Made by a program: the position numbers and the translations under genes
Shown here: in pieces, positions 25,903-39,415 of the stretch
Numbering within the stretch: the first letter of the stretch is position 1
How the letters are laid out: every line of letters begins with the position of its first letter
Source of the DNA: the human T2T-CHM13v2.0 reference genome, Homo sapiens
Reading direction: 5' to 3' (one strand)
Assembly (NCBI RefSeq): GCF_009914755.1
Contig: NC_060938.1
DNA: 64,000 nt
The notes under the pieces: generated by a model
The model's input: the letters and a program-made list of their open reading frames with translations, nothing else
Told to the model about the DNA's origin: nothing
The model's database searches: none

Positions 25903-27546
25903 AGTGCAAAGAGGCTCACCAACTAGCTGCACTTGGATGAGTTTGTGAAGCTTTAGATCCATAGTCCCACGGCCCACCCCTGGAGAATGAGGTTTCCAGG
26001 TGGGGGCCTGTGGAAAACGTCCCTGAAGTTCTGATGGCCAGACACAACCAGGAGCCCCTGGTCTTCCTCCTGCAGCACCTGTCCATCAATATCCTTGCCA
26101 AGTTCCCTAGATGTCTTCAGGTTCCATGTTTGGCCTCTTTTCCTGGAGGCCCAGCTCCTTGAGGGTGGGCGCCATTTCTTTAGTATTTTTTCCCTAGCTT
26201 GCCACCCACCCTAGCACAGTCTGCCATCCTTCCGTGAGTGTCCCAGGAATATCTGACAGCTGTCAGCTGGAAGAATGACTGTGTCGACTCCCTTGTTTCC
26301 TAAGATGACCATTTGGCCATGGGTTCTACCTCACAAGACCCATCGTGTTGAGCTGGCGTTCATTAGCCTGCTGGGCCCGCATGGAAAGTGTCTGTAAGCG
26401 CCCAGCAGCAGGACATCCTGGTGATGAAGGCAGAGGCTGGTGGGCAGGCACCCTGAGCTCAAGCACTAGTTCCTTATGAAGGAAAGGAACAGCTTTGGGC
26501 AAGTGGGCGACACTCTCCAGGGCTCTGTTTCCTGCTAGGAGAAAAGGGTTTAACAACAGTGTCTCCCTAAGGGTGCCATGAAGATTAAGGTAATCCTGCA
26601 ATACCTGGACAATGACCACCGTTTAGTAAACTGATGGTAGCAATATTCTCCACCTTGCCACTTCAGAGCTACACAGACAATGACTATGCTTCCAGTTTGT
26701 CCCCAGAATAACAATTTTTGTTTCTCATACCATTCTTCATCTGATCTGATAACTGTTCTTAAGTGTTCTGCAAGACCTTCCAGGATGAGTCTTTTCCTGT
26801 AGAATTGAGACATCGGAGCCCAGGCCAGAGAAGGGCAGGGTTGCTGGTGAGAGAGCCATGTGGTACCTAAGGGAGGTGGTGTGAAGGGATCACAGCCAGG
26901 TGACCCCTCACCACAGTGAGCCGCTTTCCCAACAGGCTGGACTCCTTGGGACTGCAAGAGGAAGGACAGGAGGGCCCAACCTCCATTCATCAGCTTCCTA
27001 CCGACATGTGCAAGTCCCAAACGCTTGGGTGGGAAACTGGAGGTAGAGACCAGACTTCTGGCAACCCAAGATGCTGGAATTCATTGGTATTTAAAAACAC
27101 TTCCTTGCCCTTTTTCATTATACAGTCTAACATTTAAAGACTCCAAAATCACTACTGATTAGTACAATGCAACGTGGAGAGCTTGGAAGAGGTGTTGGAA
27201 AAAAACACTTCACTAAGAAGTCATAGTCTGAGTTGATGCATCTTGTAAATAGATAATTTTTCATAAACCACTTGAACCTCTTGGCCTGGCCTATTTGCTG
27301 AAGAATTGCAGGTTGCTGGTGAGAAATGCCATTCTCTGTTGCCTGAGCCATGCAGTTTGGCACTCTGGAGTTGCATGTGGACATTCAATGTTGTATTGTT
27401 TCAGATGCTTCTCCAAGGGCTTGCTTTGTGTCTGTTGTCTCCTCAGCTCCAGTAGAGAGGGGTGGGTTCTGTCCTGCTTCTACAGCCCCTTACGGTGCCT
27501 GGCCTTGGTCTAGCAACATAGTAGGTGCTTTAAAAGTACTGGATGA

Positions 27547-28350
<804 letters not shown>

Positions 28351-29383
28351 TACTGTCTTTAACTTCTTACTTTACTGTAAAAGAAAATCCTTGGAAATCC
28401 ATGGAACAAGAGAGGGAATGAAGTTTTAAAATAAATTTACTTATTGTATAACCACATTACTGAACATTTTGTAAAACAAAGGAAAACGAAAAACAAAAGA
28501 TCTTTCATACAGCCATGGCTGAGAGAAAGTTGCTGTTGGCCCTGGTGTCTTCTCTTAGGTTCCTTTCACCTGTTTGCTACTATTTCATGCTGTTGTAATT
28601 GTGTGTGTTTTAGTGTCCCTTGAGTCCCCCTTCACGTTACGGTGCTGTGGTTTAGACTTGTGAAGTGATGGCTTTGACCAGGATGGTGTGATTTCACAGA
28701 AGCAGGTGGGGTTTGAGTGACACTTGTTGGTGTTGGAGCCCTGTGAGTGACTCTGAGTGAGTCGTTTTCCTCTCTGAGCCGCAGTTTAGTGGTTCATAAA
28801 ATTGGAGCAGCAGCCCATTGTTGGTTTCCTAGAGGAGCCGCACAGATGTGGGGCTCCAGTGAGAGAGACCCTACCAACGGGGGCAGGCTCCATAGGGGCC
28901 ACTCTATGGAGTGGCCTTTATGAAACCCTTTAAGAGATGCATAAGAGGGGAAAAAACCAACCCTTCCTCCAAAACAAGAGCAAAATGCACACAAACTTCA
29001 GGGAGTAGAAACAGAAGGATTCCAAGTCCAAGGTGGATCCAGGACTGAATAATAATGGACCCCAAACCTTTCCTTTTCATTCTTCCTCCCTCTGTTCATT
29101 ATTTTAACACTTTCTCCATCTCTCCTTTCATTATCAACTTTTTGTACCAAATCGTCTTCCTCTTAACATTCTAACTGAGAATGCACAACATAGAGATCTG
29201 TTTGGCCAGAATAAAAATGTGAGAAGCTTGTATTTTTAAAGCTGTGCTCTGTGGTTTTAAAAACTGCTTCCATCACTAAGTAATAGGAGGGCCACTGGTG
29301 CATCCATGGCAAGATTGGAGAAGAAGGACATTTTTCAAGGCATTTCTACATGGGATCTGCTGAGAAAGGGCAATGACAATTAG

Positions 29384-29796
<413 letters not shown>

Positions 29797-29886
29797 TAAA
29801 TGCAGTGGCTTTAATCCCTTAAATTCATATTTATTTGGACCAGTTACTCTGCATACATGTAACGGGTTTAGAATAGTCCCTAGGGC

Positions 29887-30199
<313 letters not shown>

Positions 30200-32316
30200 T
30201 TAGCTGTTATTATAATAGCCATTATTATTATTACTGTTTTTATTGTCTTCACTCACAGAACATTTTGAGTCTGCATAAAGCAAAGGACCCACACGGCAAC
30301 ATAGGAGGGAGTTGGGTAATTCTTTTTCTTTACGAAGTGTCATTAAAAGATGCTATTGACAGTATTGGCAGCTTCATTAAGAAGTCTGTTGATGATGGTA
30401 ATAAGGCTGGCACATTTGGGATTCAGATTGACACTTCTCAAGACAGTGGCAGAACTTGGGCTGGCACAGCAATGCCAGAATGTGTCTCAGGTTCTGGGAA
30501 GGGCTGGGTGTCTTCTAAGGGAGCTAGGTCTGGTTGGAGAGGCCCTCGCCTGGGGTGGGGGGTCTGGGGCCCCAGTGCCTGCTTAGCTAATTATTTTCTG
30601 TCTGAGGACTTTGTGCTCATCACTTCACTTCGCTGGGACTCAGTTTCCCAGCTGTAGCTGACAGCCTGCTCCACGATGAATTCACCCTCATATATCTGAG
30701 TCCTGGAGGTTCTGTCATGCCATAGGCACTGGCACTAACGCAGAAGCAGCAAAAAACCAGGCTTTTAGCAGAAGGTGTTGGCATAATATCAAATTTATGT
30801 TGTAGATTGTTGACACTGGAGATAGGTGAAGAATGGATTGGAGAGGGCAAGAAGAGACACTAGGAAAGCTTCGCCATCACCCTGGCAAAAGATGATGCAA
30901 ATGAACCAAGACAGGTGCTGAGGATGGTGGGGGAGGGAGGCAGGCATCACCTCCACCCCCAGGACCAGAACCCCCTTCCCCATGAAGAATATTCTGCATC
31001 ACACATGAACTTGAAGGAGAAGGAAAGCTTAACAGAAAATAAGCAATCAAGGACCATTTGAACCTCCATGTTGGGTGAGATAGATGTGTGATAATCTGGG
31101 CTCCTGGGGCATTCCCTTCTATAACCTGTGAGTGGCCCAGGGTGCTGTAGTTCTGTCAACCAGGCTACTTCTGGGCTGTCCTTTCAAATCCTGAACATGG
31201 TTTTGGACTGCACCTCCTTCCGCCCTGCGTCTCTCCTCCCTCCCTCTTTTCTTTCCATTTTGCCTTTCAAGCAATGATCATTACACATCTTCTTTGTGTT
31301 AGTCGCTGGACTTTGTGCAGAACCAACAATTGAACATCTAGCTAGTTTGGTGCTCCGTGGGTTACTGATTGAGAACCATTGGTTGGGTCTATCTTTAACA
31401 TACTCGTTTCAGTGCAACATCTGCAAATAGAAAGTAGCTAATGGCCTTATCAGTCAGTAAGTATAATTCGGTTACAACAACATGTGATTTTTAAATGAGG
31501 CACAATCACTAATAGTGGTGTTAAAGACTGATCCCTGTTCATCCTTCTGCCACCAGGATGTCTGTCAGTCAGCCTGAGGTTGCTTCTTGGTCTTTTATCT
31601 GATTCAAATGTGAATGTGCTTTGGGAATAGGCTTGTACTCAAAATGTAAATAGGTGTTTTACTCTCCCTCTTAAAGCTATTACTATGTCGATAGATGTCT
31701 TGCTATAGTTAAGGGTCTGTCGGCATTTACATTAAGGAGTCTTATTTTCCAAGGCTTAAAATGCCATTAAAATCTGTTCCACTTGGTTGTTCAAATGACC
31801 AAATTATCCAAATTTCTTCTAAAAATCTAGTTGGTTTTTATTCATTGGGGAAAATATGCACATCATTGTAGATTCTTGGCTCCAGAAGACTTGTAGTGTT
31901 TCCAAGACTAACAAGCTGACATTTTTCATTCCTGAACCACATGTCTTTGGTCATTTTGACTTTTCTTTGTAAAAGTCCCTCACATTTATAGGGAGGCTGC
32001 TGTTAATTTAGGCAGTCATTAGGGTTATATTGGGGTAATTTCAGCATACACTGTGCTTTAGCTTTTTGAAGAGACAGAAAAAAGTGGGAAGATGTGTTGC
32101 ATGTTACTGCATGCAGGGAACTCTGTGTGCATTTAAATGTTATCTCATTTAAACCACACAATAGCCTTTGGTGGTAGGAGCTCTAATCTCTCTTTCACAA
32201 TGGAGGAGACTGAGGTTCTGAAATTTAATAATGATGTTGGAATTGTAGTTCAAGACGAGGATTAAAGCCCATGACCTTTGCATTCTACCAATACCTCATC
32301 ATCAAACATCTTTGAA

Positions 32317-32438
32317 GCTGAGCGCTGTGGTGTGTACTTGTGGTCTTAGTTACTTGGGAAGCTGAAGGGAGAAGACTGCTTGAGGCCAGGAGTTCCAGGC
32401 TGCAGTACACTATGATTGCACTTATATAAAAAAAAAAC
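32317..32438 (+). mobile_element. Alu monomer (FAM/FRAM-like)
   Basis: Single arm ...GAGTTCCAGGCTGCAGTACACTATGATTGCAC plus A tail. Confidence 0.75.
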
Positions 32439-32793
32439 TTTGTGATGGTTGTGCTAATCATGAAAGGTCAATCAAAACACAAAACCAAGGTCAAAAATTT
32501 TAAGAGACTACACTAATTCTAGGAGTTTTGACAGAATTTAACAATCTTCCAAAAGTTGGGCGTACTGTTAGCAAACCAACCTCCCTCTCTCGCTCTTTCC
32601 CTCCCTTCCCTTCTGCTTTCAACAAATATTCATTGAGCATGTACCATAATAAGCCTTATTATCATCACACTTAAATAATTATATTAATTTCTGCAATAAT
32701 TTGCAATTAATAATTTCTGCTTCAGAGCTGTCACTCACATGATTTTTTCTGCATATGAGGTCCCGTTTAACCTCTGTCGATTCTTTAAAACTC

Positions 32794-32910
32794 AGTGACT
32801 ATTATTCTGGTTTGCCTGGGACTTTTCCAGTTTACTGTAAAATGATCAATGTTACCCTCTTTCCTGTTCAAAATGCCCTAGTTTAGATGATAGTCTATGT
32901 GATCACCCTA
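32794..32910. mobile_element. MER94/MER81-like hAT-Blackjack MITE
   Basis: CTGGTTTGCCTGGGAC near the start and GATCACCCTA terminus. Confidence 0.5.
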
Positions 32911-33153
32911 TGATGGGGCTACATCTAGTCTTAGCTACTCAGTAAGGCTTTTACTGAGAATCCATTCCACTAATCTTAGGGGAGATTTTTCAATCTCTCT
33001 TCACTTTTCTGGTCAATCCTTCTGGTCAATTAGGTATTCTCTAAGTATTATGCTTATATTTATTTATATTGATAGTGTCTTTTGTTCTGTATCCTTGGTA
33101 ACCTCTACGATAGGGATAGAGGATGTTCTAAAACGATCTGTTGAATTAATCAG

Positions 33154-33517
33154 TGATATGGTTTGGCTCTGAGTCCCCTGCCAAATCTCATTTCGTAGCT
33201 CCCATAATTCTCGTGTGTTGTGGGAGGGACCTGGTGGGAGATGATTGAATCATGGGGGCAGGTCTTTCCAGTGCTGTTCTTGCGACAGTGAATGGGTCTC
33301 GCGAGATCTGATGGTTTTAAAAACGGGTTTCTCTACACAAGCTCTTTCTTTGCCTGCTGTCATTCATGTAAGACATGACTTGCTCTTCTTTGCCTTCTGC
33401 CATGATTGTGAGACCTCCCCAGCCACGTGGAACTGTAAGTCCAATAAACCTCTTTCTTTTGTAAATTGCCCAGTCTCGGGTATGTCTTTATCAGCAGCAT
33501 GAAAACGGACTAATACA
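33154..33517 (+). mobile_element. THE1A (MaLR) solo LTR
   Basis: TGATATGGTTTGGCT...GTCCAATAAACC...GGACTAATACA; TG...CA ends; 5-bp TSD ATCAG / ATGAG. Confidence 0.93.
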
Positions 33518-34145
33518 ATGAGCAAGTGAATTACTTGGAAAGAACATTATCTTCCCCTCCCTTACTTTGGTCCTTTCCAACACTTTTCCTTCTTGAAAAC
33601 CCAGCTGTAAGCCCTTTTCTGCAAGAGGCCTTCTAGAATTCCCCCACATTAGTCGATTCTATTCTGTCTTCATCTGTTTGGGTGCTTATCCTAAAATATG
33701 ATTGAAAACAATAGCACATATGTTTCTTCTGTCATCCCTCCTGGTGCCTAGCACATAATGATGTTCAAGTATTAAGTGAGAAGTGAATGAAGGTTTTCCT
33801 GAAGCACACTTCCTCACTGTGGTTTACCTAATGATCTGGGCACCTTAGGGAACTTTCAGACTGAGGCAGGCTAAGGTGTAACAATCATTTTGAATGACAG
33901 TAATTTCATTAAAACATTGACTGTAAAACCCTAGCAGGCAGTAAACAGCACTAATTAGTTCAGTCACAGTAACTGGCTAGAGATGTGCATTCTAATATAC
34001 ATATTTTTCTCACCCAAAACTTAAGTGCATATTTGTTGAGTTGCTCTATCTTTTAGGTCGGGGGTAGGTGGGTTAGTGGTTGTAATAACTGGGAAGGCTC
34101 TCTGAAGCTGCTGGTTTGATGGTTGGAAGCATGGAATTAGACATA

Positions 34146-34590
34146 TGTATTAGTTACCTACTGCTGCATAACAAATTATCCCCAAGTTTTGCAGCTTCGA
34201 ACAGCACACATTTTCTATCTGATAGTGCTTATGGGTTGGGAATCTGGGTGTGGCTTAGCTGGATGCCTCTAGTTCAGGGTCTCTCCCAAGGCTACAGCCA
34301 AGGTGTTTGCTGGGGCTATAATCATTTCAAGGCTCGACTGGGGACATTCTTTTTCAAAGCTCACTCATATGGCTGTTGGTAAGATTCAGTTCCTCGTGGA
34401 CTAGTGGACCAAGAACCTCAGGTTCTCACTGGTTTTTGGCCAGAGACATAAGTCCATTTCCAACAAGGCTACCCACAGCATGGCAGTTCTCTTTGCTCAT
34501 TACGAGGAGAGGGACAGAGAGAGACAGAGAGAGAGAGAGAAAGAAAGAGGCCACAAGTTTTTTTGGAACCCAATACCAGAGTGATCATAG
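34146..34590 (-). mobile_element. MLT1F/G-like MaLR LTR
   Basis: TGTATTAGTTACCTACTGCTGCATAACAAATTATCCCCAA...GGCTTAGCTGG. Confidence 0.75.
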
Positions 34591-34908
34591 TATTTTCCTG
34601 TACTGGAATCCCAAATGTGTTCTGGAACTACCTGGAACTATTGGAGATCCAGAAGTCACATGAGAAGACCACTGTCTGAGACTCACTGAACTGGCCTACA
34701 ACCTGGGACCTCTCAATTAAATCTTCCAAAGCCCAGCAAGAAGACCTGGCTTATAATGTATTGGCCAAACTATTTAGCAGTTTTTGCAAGCAGATCTTTG
34801 TATGTTGCCCATCCCTTCCATCTCCTATACAAATGACCACATGTCCTTTCATTAAGTCCTCAGTGGGTGTATGCACTTCTGTCATGCATTCACTCATTGC
34901 AAAGGTAG

Positions 34909-35219
<311 letters not shown>

Positions 35220-36002
35220 GAGATTTTTATTAAATAAACACCATGGTACAGTTGCGAGGGTGGCTGAAGTTGAGTCCCTGCTCTGTGGCATCATCTCAGT
35301 TACTTATTTTCTTTGATCTTCAATTTCAATTTCCTGAGCAACAAAATGCAGAAGTAATGTTTCAAAAGACTATCAGGTGAATTGAGTGTGAGGCCAAAGA
35401 GAAGGCCCAGCATAGCATAAGAAGCTTAAAAGTGGGTTTAATGAACAGTAATTCTTCCTGTTCATTCCTTCCTTTTAACCATAGGCATTTTACTTTGCAC
35501 AGTGAGGTGAGGGTGAGGGTGGGAACTTGAACCAGGGTCTCAGAAGATTATACAAAGTATAGCACATGGAAGATGTTCAAGGATCATTTATCAAATCAAA
35601 GAGTGAATGAACCCATGATGGAAGGAGTGAACACACAGCCTGAGCACTCAAGAAACTTCCAGACCCTTGGGTAGAAAGCATGGCATTGCCAAGGGAGCTC
35701 TCACAGATCACAGTGGGTTTCAGCCCAGGTGAGGGGAATGGGTATAGGAGGACTCCCAGGATGCAGGCATGTTGAAGAGGAAGCAGGGGCGCTTTAGGCC
35801 TTGGGGCTGGCAGGAGCAAAGGCATCTAGGCTGTGTTGTGCCCAGCACAGGACAGCAGCATAGCAGGTTGATTGGAGGATGCCAAGGAGCAAGACGGGAG
35901 CTCCAGGAGGAGGGACCCTGACTGTCAGGCTAAAGATCTGGTATCAGTCTGGCGACAGTGAGGGGCAGCTGGAATCCGGGCCACCTTTGGGACGTGCCCC
36001 TC

Positions 36003-36038
36003 CAGCAGGAGCAGTAGCAGCAGCAGCAGCAGCAGCAG
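36003..36038 (+). repeat. Interrupted (CAG)n, with pure (CAG)7 at 36018-36038
   Basis: Directly visible. Confidence 0.95.
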
Positions 36039-36799
36039 TCATGTGGGCCGGAAGCATGGAGAGTCACCCTTGGTTTCTCAGACTGGAGGGAGGGCCTCCC
36101 GCTTCCCATTCCTGAGCACCACCCTCTCCGATTACTAACATATCACCCACCTCCATTTGGGATTTGAAAAATTCGAAAATATCTTATTCACACCTATGTA
36201 TATCACTTCTCGACTTGAAGTCTAACATGCTCCCCAATTTACATATAATTCGTTTGACTCGTGTAAACTGCATTAACAAAAAGAGGAGCAATGCGATAAA
36301 TTACTAGTGACAGAGGCCAGCCTGGATTGCAATTATTTTTATAAGCCCCTGGTAAGCAATGATGTCCTGTTTTTACAGCACATAATATCCCAGCATTATT
36401 GAAATGCCAGCGGCGTCCACGAAGCACATCTGTGCTAACCGGTCACACAGGTAGCAGGGCCATGAGAAAGTACAGTGGCTGGAGAGGCCCAGTCCTGCTC
36501 CGTGGCCTTGCAGTCATCATAGTCTGGTGCTCTGTGGTCCCCTCCAACAGGAGCGAGTTGGAGTGGAAGGCGTGCATGGAGATTGCAGCTGGGTGGGCTT
36601 GGATTCTGATCTCCTTATTATCTTTCTAGTTATAAAAATTGAGCAAACCTCTTCGTCTCTCCTGACACCCGAGTTTCTGGCCTATAAAGTGGGAATGCTA
36701 ATAGGGGTAGCTCTCCTGTATTGTATCAGGGAAGGAGGAGAGACATGGAATATCTAAACTAACAATGATACCAGCTAATAGTTTGTTATTAATTAATTA

Positions 36800-37087
36800 A
36801 TTAATTTATTTATTTATTTATATTTTGAGACACGGTCTCACTCAGTTGCCCAGGCTGGAGTGCAGTGGTGCAATCATGGCTCACAGCAGCCTCAACCTCC
36901 CAAGTAGCTAGCTGGGACTACAGGGACCCACCATCATGCCTGGATAGTTATTTTTGGTATTTTTTGTAGAGACAGAGTTTAGCCATGTTGCCCAGGCTGG
37001 CTGGCCTCAACCTCCTCGGCTCAAACTATCTGCCCTCCTTGGCCTCTTGAAATGCTGGGATTACAGGCAGGAGCCACCGTGCCAGAC
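36800..37087 (-). mobile_element. AluJ with right-arm deletion, inside a MIR
   Basis: GCAATCATGGCTCACAGCAGCCTCAACCTCC (AluJ-type); AT-rich tail. Confidence 0.9.
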
Positions 37088-38654
37088 AACACTAGTATTT
37101 ATTGAGTATATACATGTGCCAGGCACAAAAGTATGTGCTTGAGATTTGTTTTCTGATTTAACACTGCGGGCTCCCCTCTGAAGCGGGTGTGATGAATATA
37201 ATTGCTATTTTACAGGAAATGAGATGAAGAGGTAAAAAAGCGAAGTATGTACCCAAGATTACAGCTAAACTAGGACTTGAACCCATGTCTGTCTGAAGTC
37301 CGAGCTGAAACTTTGGCCACTAAATTGCCCTGTCTCACTACAGGTAAACGATCTTCAGAGCATCCTCACTTGCAGGAGGGGAGATGAACATGAGAAGCTC
37401 CCAGGGGAGGTGATCTGGGTTTGGGCACACTGACCCCAGGTGTGCTTAAGGATAGAGAGTTCATCTTCATACCTGCTAATCAGTTCTCTTGGCCCCAAAA
37501 GATGTACAGGGTGTGGTTGTGTGTTTTGCAAATCTGAATAGCGCAAATCTGAAATTTTGATTTATAATGTATCAATCATCTTAGTTTACGCACAGATTTT
37601 GAACTAATGCAAACCCTACTTTACATTTCCTGCTCCAGAGAATTAATCTTGAATTGTGCTAGTTTTGAATTATGTGAGGCCTTTGGGAATAGGCCTACAT
37701 CCCTCGCAAGAAAATTAATCACCCTATAAATGACTTAACCCGCCTCTCAGGGCTTTGCGGTGGAGACTGAATGCAAGAATGCAAATTAAGTGACCAAAAA
37801 CCCGCATTCGCAATACCTGAGTTTGCTCCCCTCTCCTAAGTGAGTAAACTCCACCCCAAAGTGGCCTCCAGCCCCCTGGTTCTTCCTTCCTGCTGCCTGC
37901 AGGTTTCCAAACTCCCCCTGGGGCGTCAAGTGCCAGCTCAAAGATCCCCCCAAAACTTGATCTACCCCACAAGCACCACTACTTCATGCAGGGCAGTGTG
38001 CCCCTGGTTCTGTCTTTGCCTTCTCATCAAGTCAGGGCCGGAAGACACATCAGTGTGTTCTCCCCATCACCGGTGACTGCAGAGAAGGGCCCAGCAGAAC
38101 AAACACTTTTTTAAAACGCTGCAAATAGACAGGTGGATGAAAATTTTCAGATGTGTGAAATACTGTCTTGGGCCCCATGGCAATTTCTGGATCTAAGTTT
38201 GTGATTTCTAGTTTAATCTTTATCTTCTCCTCCTCCCACTGTCTCAGCATCTAGGCTGGGGATCTTTGGCCCACAGAAACCACATCTTTCTTGCTAACCT
38301 GTTGTCTTCTTTTCTATGCAACCCCACTGCTGGGGGAAAGGCCAAGATGGAGGACTTCATTTGATTTATTTTACAGAAAGCCAATGCTGGAAAACTCTGT
38401 AGTGGTGGGTGGTATTGTTTGACACCTTCCTTTTCAGGGGAAGAAGCTGAGACCCAAAGGGGCAACTTGAGCCACCTGAGGTCACTCTGTGGATAAGCAA
38501 CAGCTCTCAGAGGTTTGCGTGAGACAGGCCGGAACTACTTCTCTCTGCCCTCCCAGGATCTTTGCATGACATGATATGAAACCAAGATTCTCAACAACCA
38601 AGATTCTTCTGTGGGGCCCAGCAGAAGTATCTGAGGAATCTTTTCAAAAATCTG

Positions 38655-39050
38655 CATGAACTTGCTAAGGCTGCCATTAACAAGTTCCACTTTTCTGGGT
38701 GGCTTAAACAACAGAAATGTATTTCCACACAGTCGTGGAGGCTGGAAGTCCAAGGTCCAGGCATCCACAGGTTTGGTCTCTTCTGAGGCCTCTCTCTGTA
38801 GCTTGTAGATGGCCGCCTTCTCCTTGTGTCTTCCCACAGTTATCCCTCTTTCTGTATCTGTGTCCTGATCTCTTCTTATAAGGACACCAGTCATATTGGA
38901 TTGGTGGACTCATTTTTAACTTAATTACCCTTTTACAAATTCGATCTCTAAATACAGCCACATTCTGAGGTACTGGGAGGACTTGTTCTATTTGAATTTT
39001 TTTTTTTTTTTTTTTTTTTTTTTGTGGAGGGACACAATTTGCTCATAATA
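38655..39050 (-). mobile_element. MLT1B-like MaLR LTR with internal poly-T expansion
   Basis: GGCTTAAACAACAGAAATGTATT...CTTATAAGGACACCAGTCATATTGGATT...CACATTCTGAGGTACTGGG. Confidence 0.85.
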
Positions 39051-39415
39051 ATGTGTCCCCTGGCCCTTCAAAACTCATGTCCTTTCTGCGTGCAAAATAC
39101 ACTGACTCCATTTCAACGTGTTCAAAAGTGTTAACTGATTCCAGCATCAACTCTAAGTCCAAAAGCTCACCTAAATAGCATCTAAATCAGATGTGGGTGA
39201 AACTCAAGGTATGATTTATTCAGAGGCAAAATTCCTCTTCAGCTGTAAACTTATAGAACCAGACAAGTTCTCTGCTTTCAAAATACAATGGTGGGGCAGG
39301 CATAGCATAGATATCCTATGGGAGAAATCAGAAAGAAGACAGGAGCCACAGGTCCCAAGCAAATTCCATTAGATCTTAAGGCTCAAGAATAACCCTCTTT
39401 GACTTCATAATCTAT
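39051..39415 (-). mobile_element. MLT1 internal-sequence fragment adjoining the LTR
   Basis: CCCCTGGCCC..CAAAACTCATGTCCTT...CAAAATACAATGGTGGG.CAGGCATAG, typical MaLR-int. Confidence 0.75.

Noticed and set aside
30265-30657. 130-aa ORF with a protein-like middle (SLKDAIDSIGSFIKKSVDDG)
   Set aside because: Non-ATG start, no family recognised, no convincing splice sites; more likely non-coding
35879-36115. ORF with a poly-Ala tract over the CAG repeat
   Set aside because: Short, no homology recognised; the poly-Gln frame contains a TAG; pure run only 7 units
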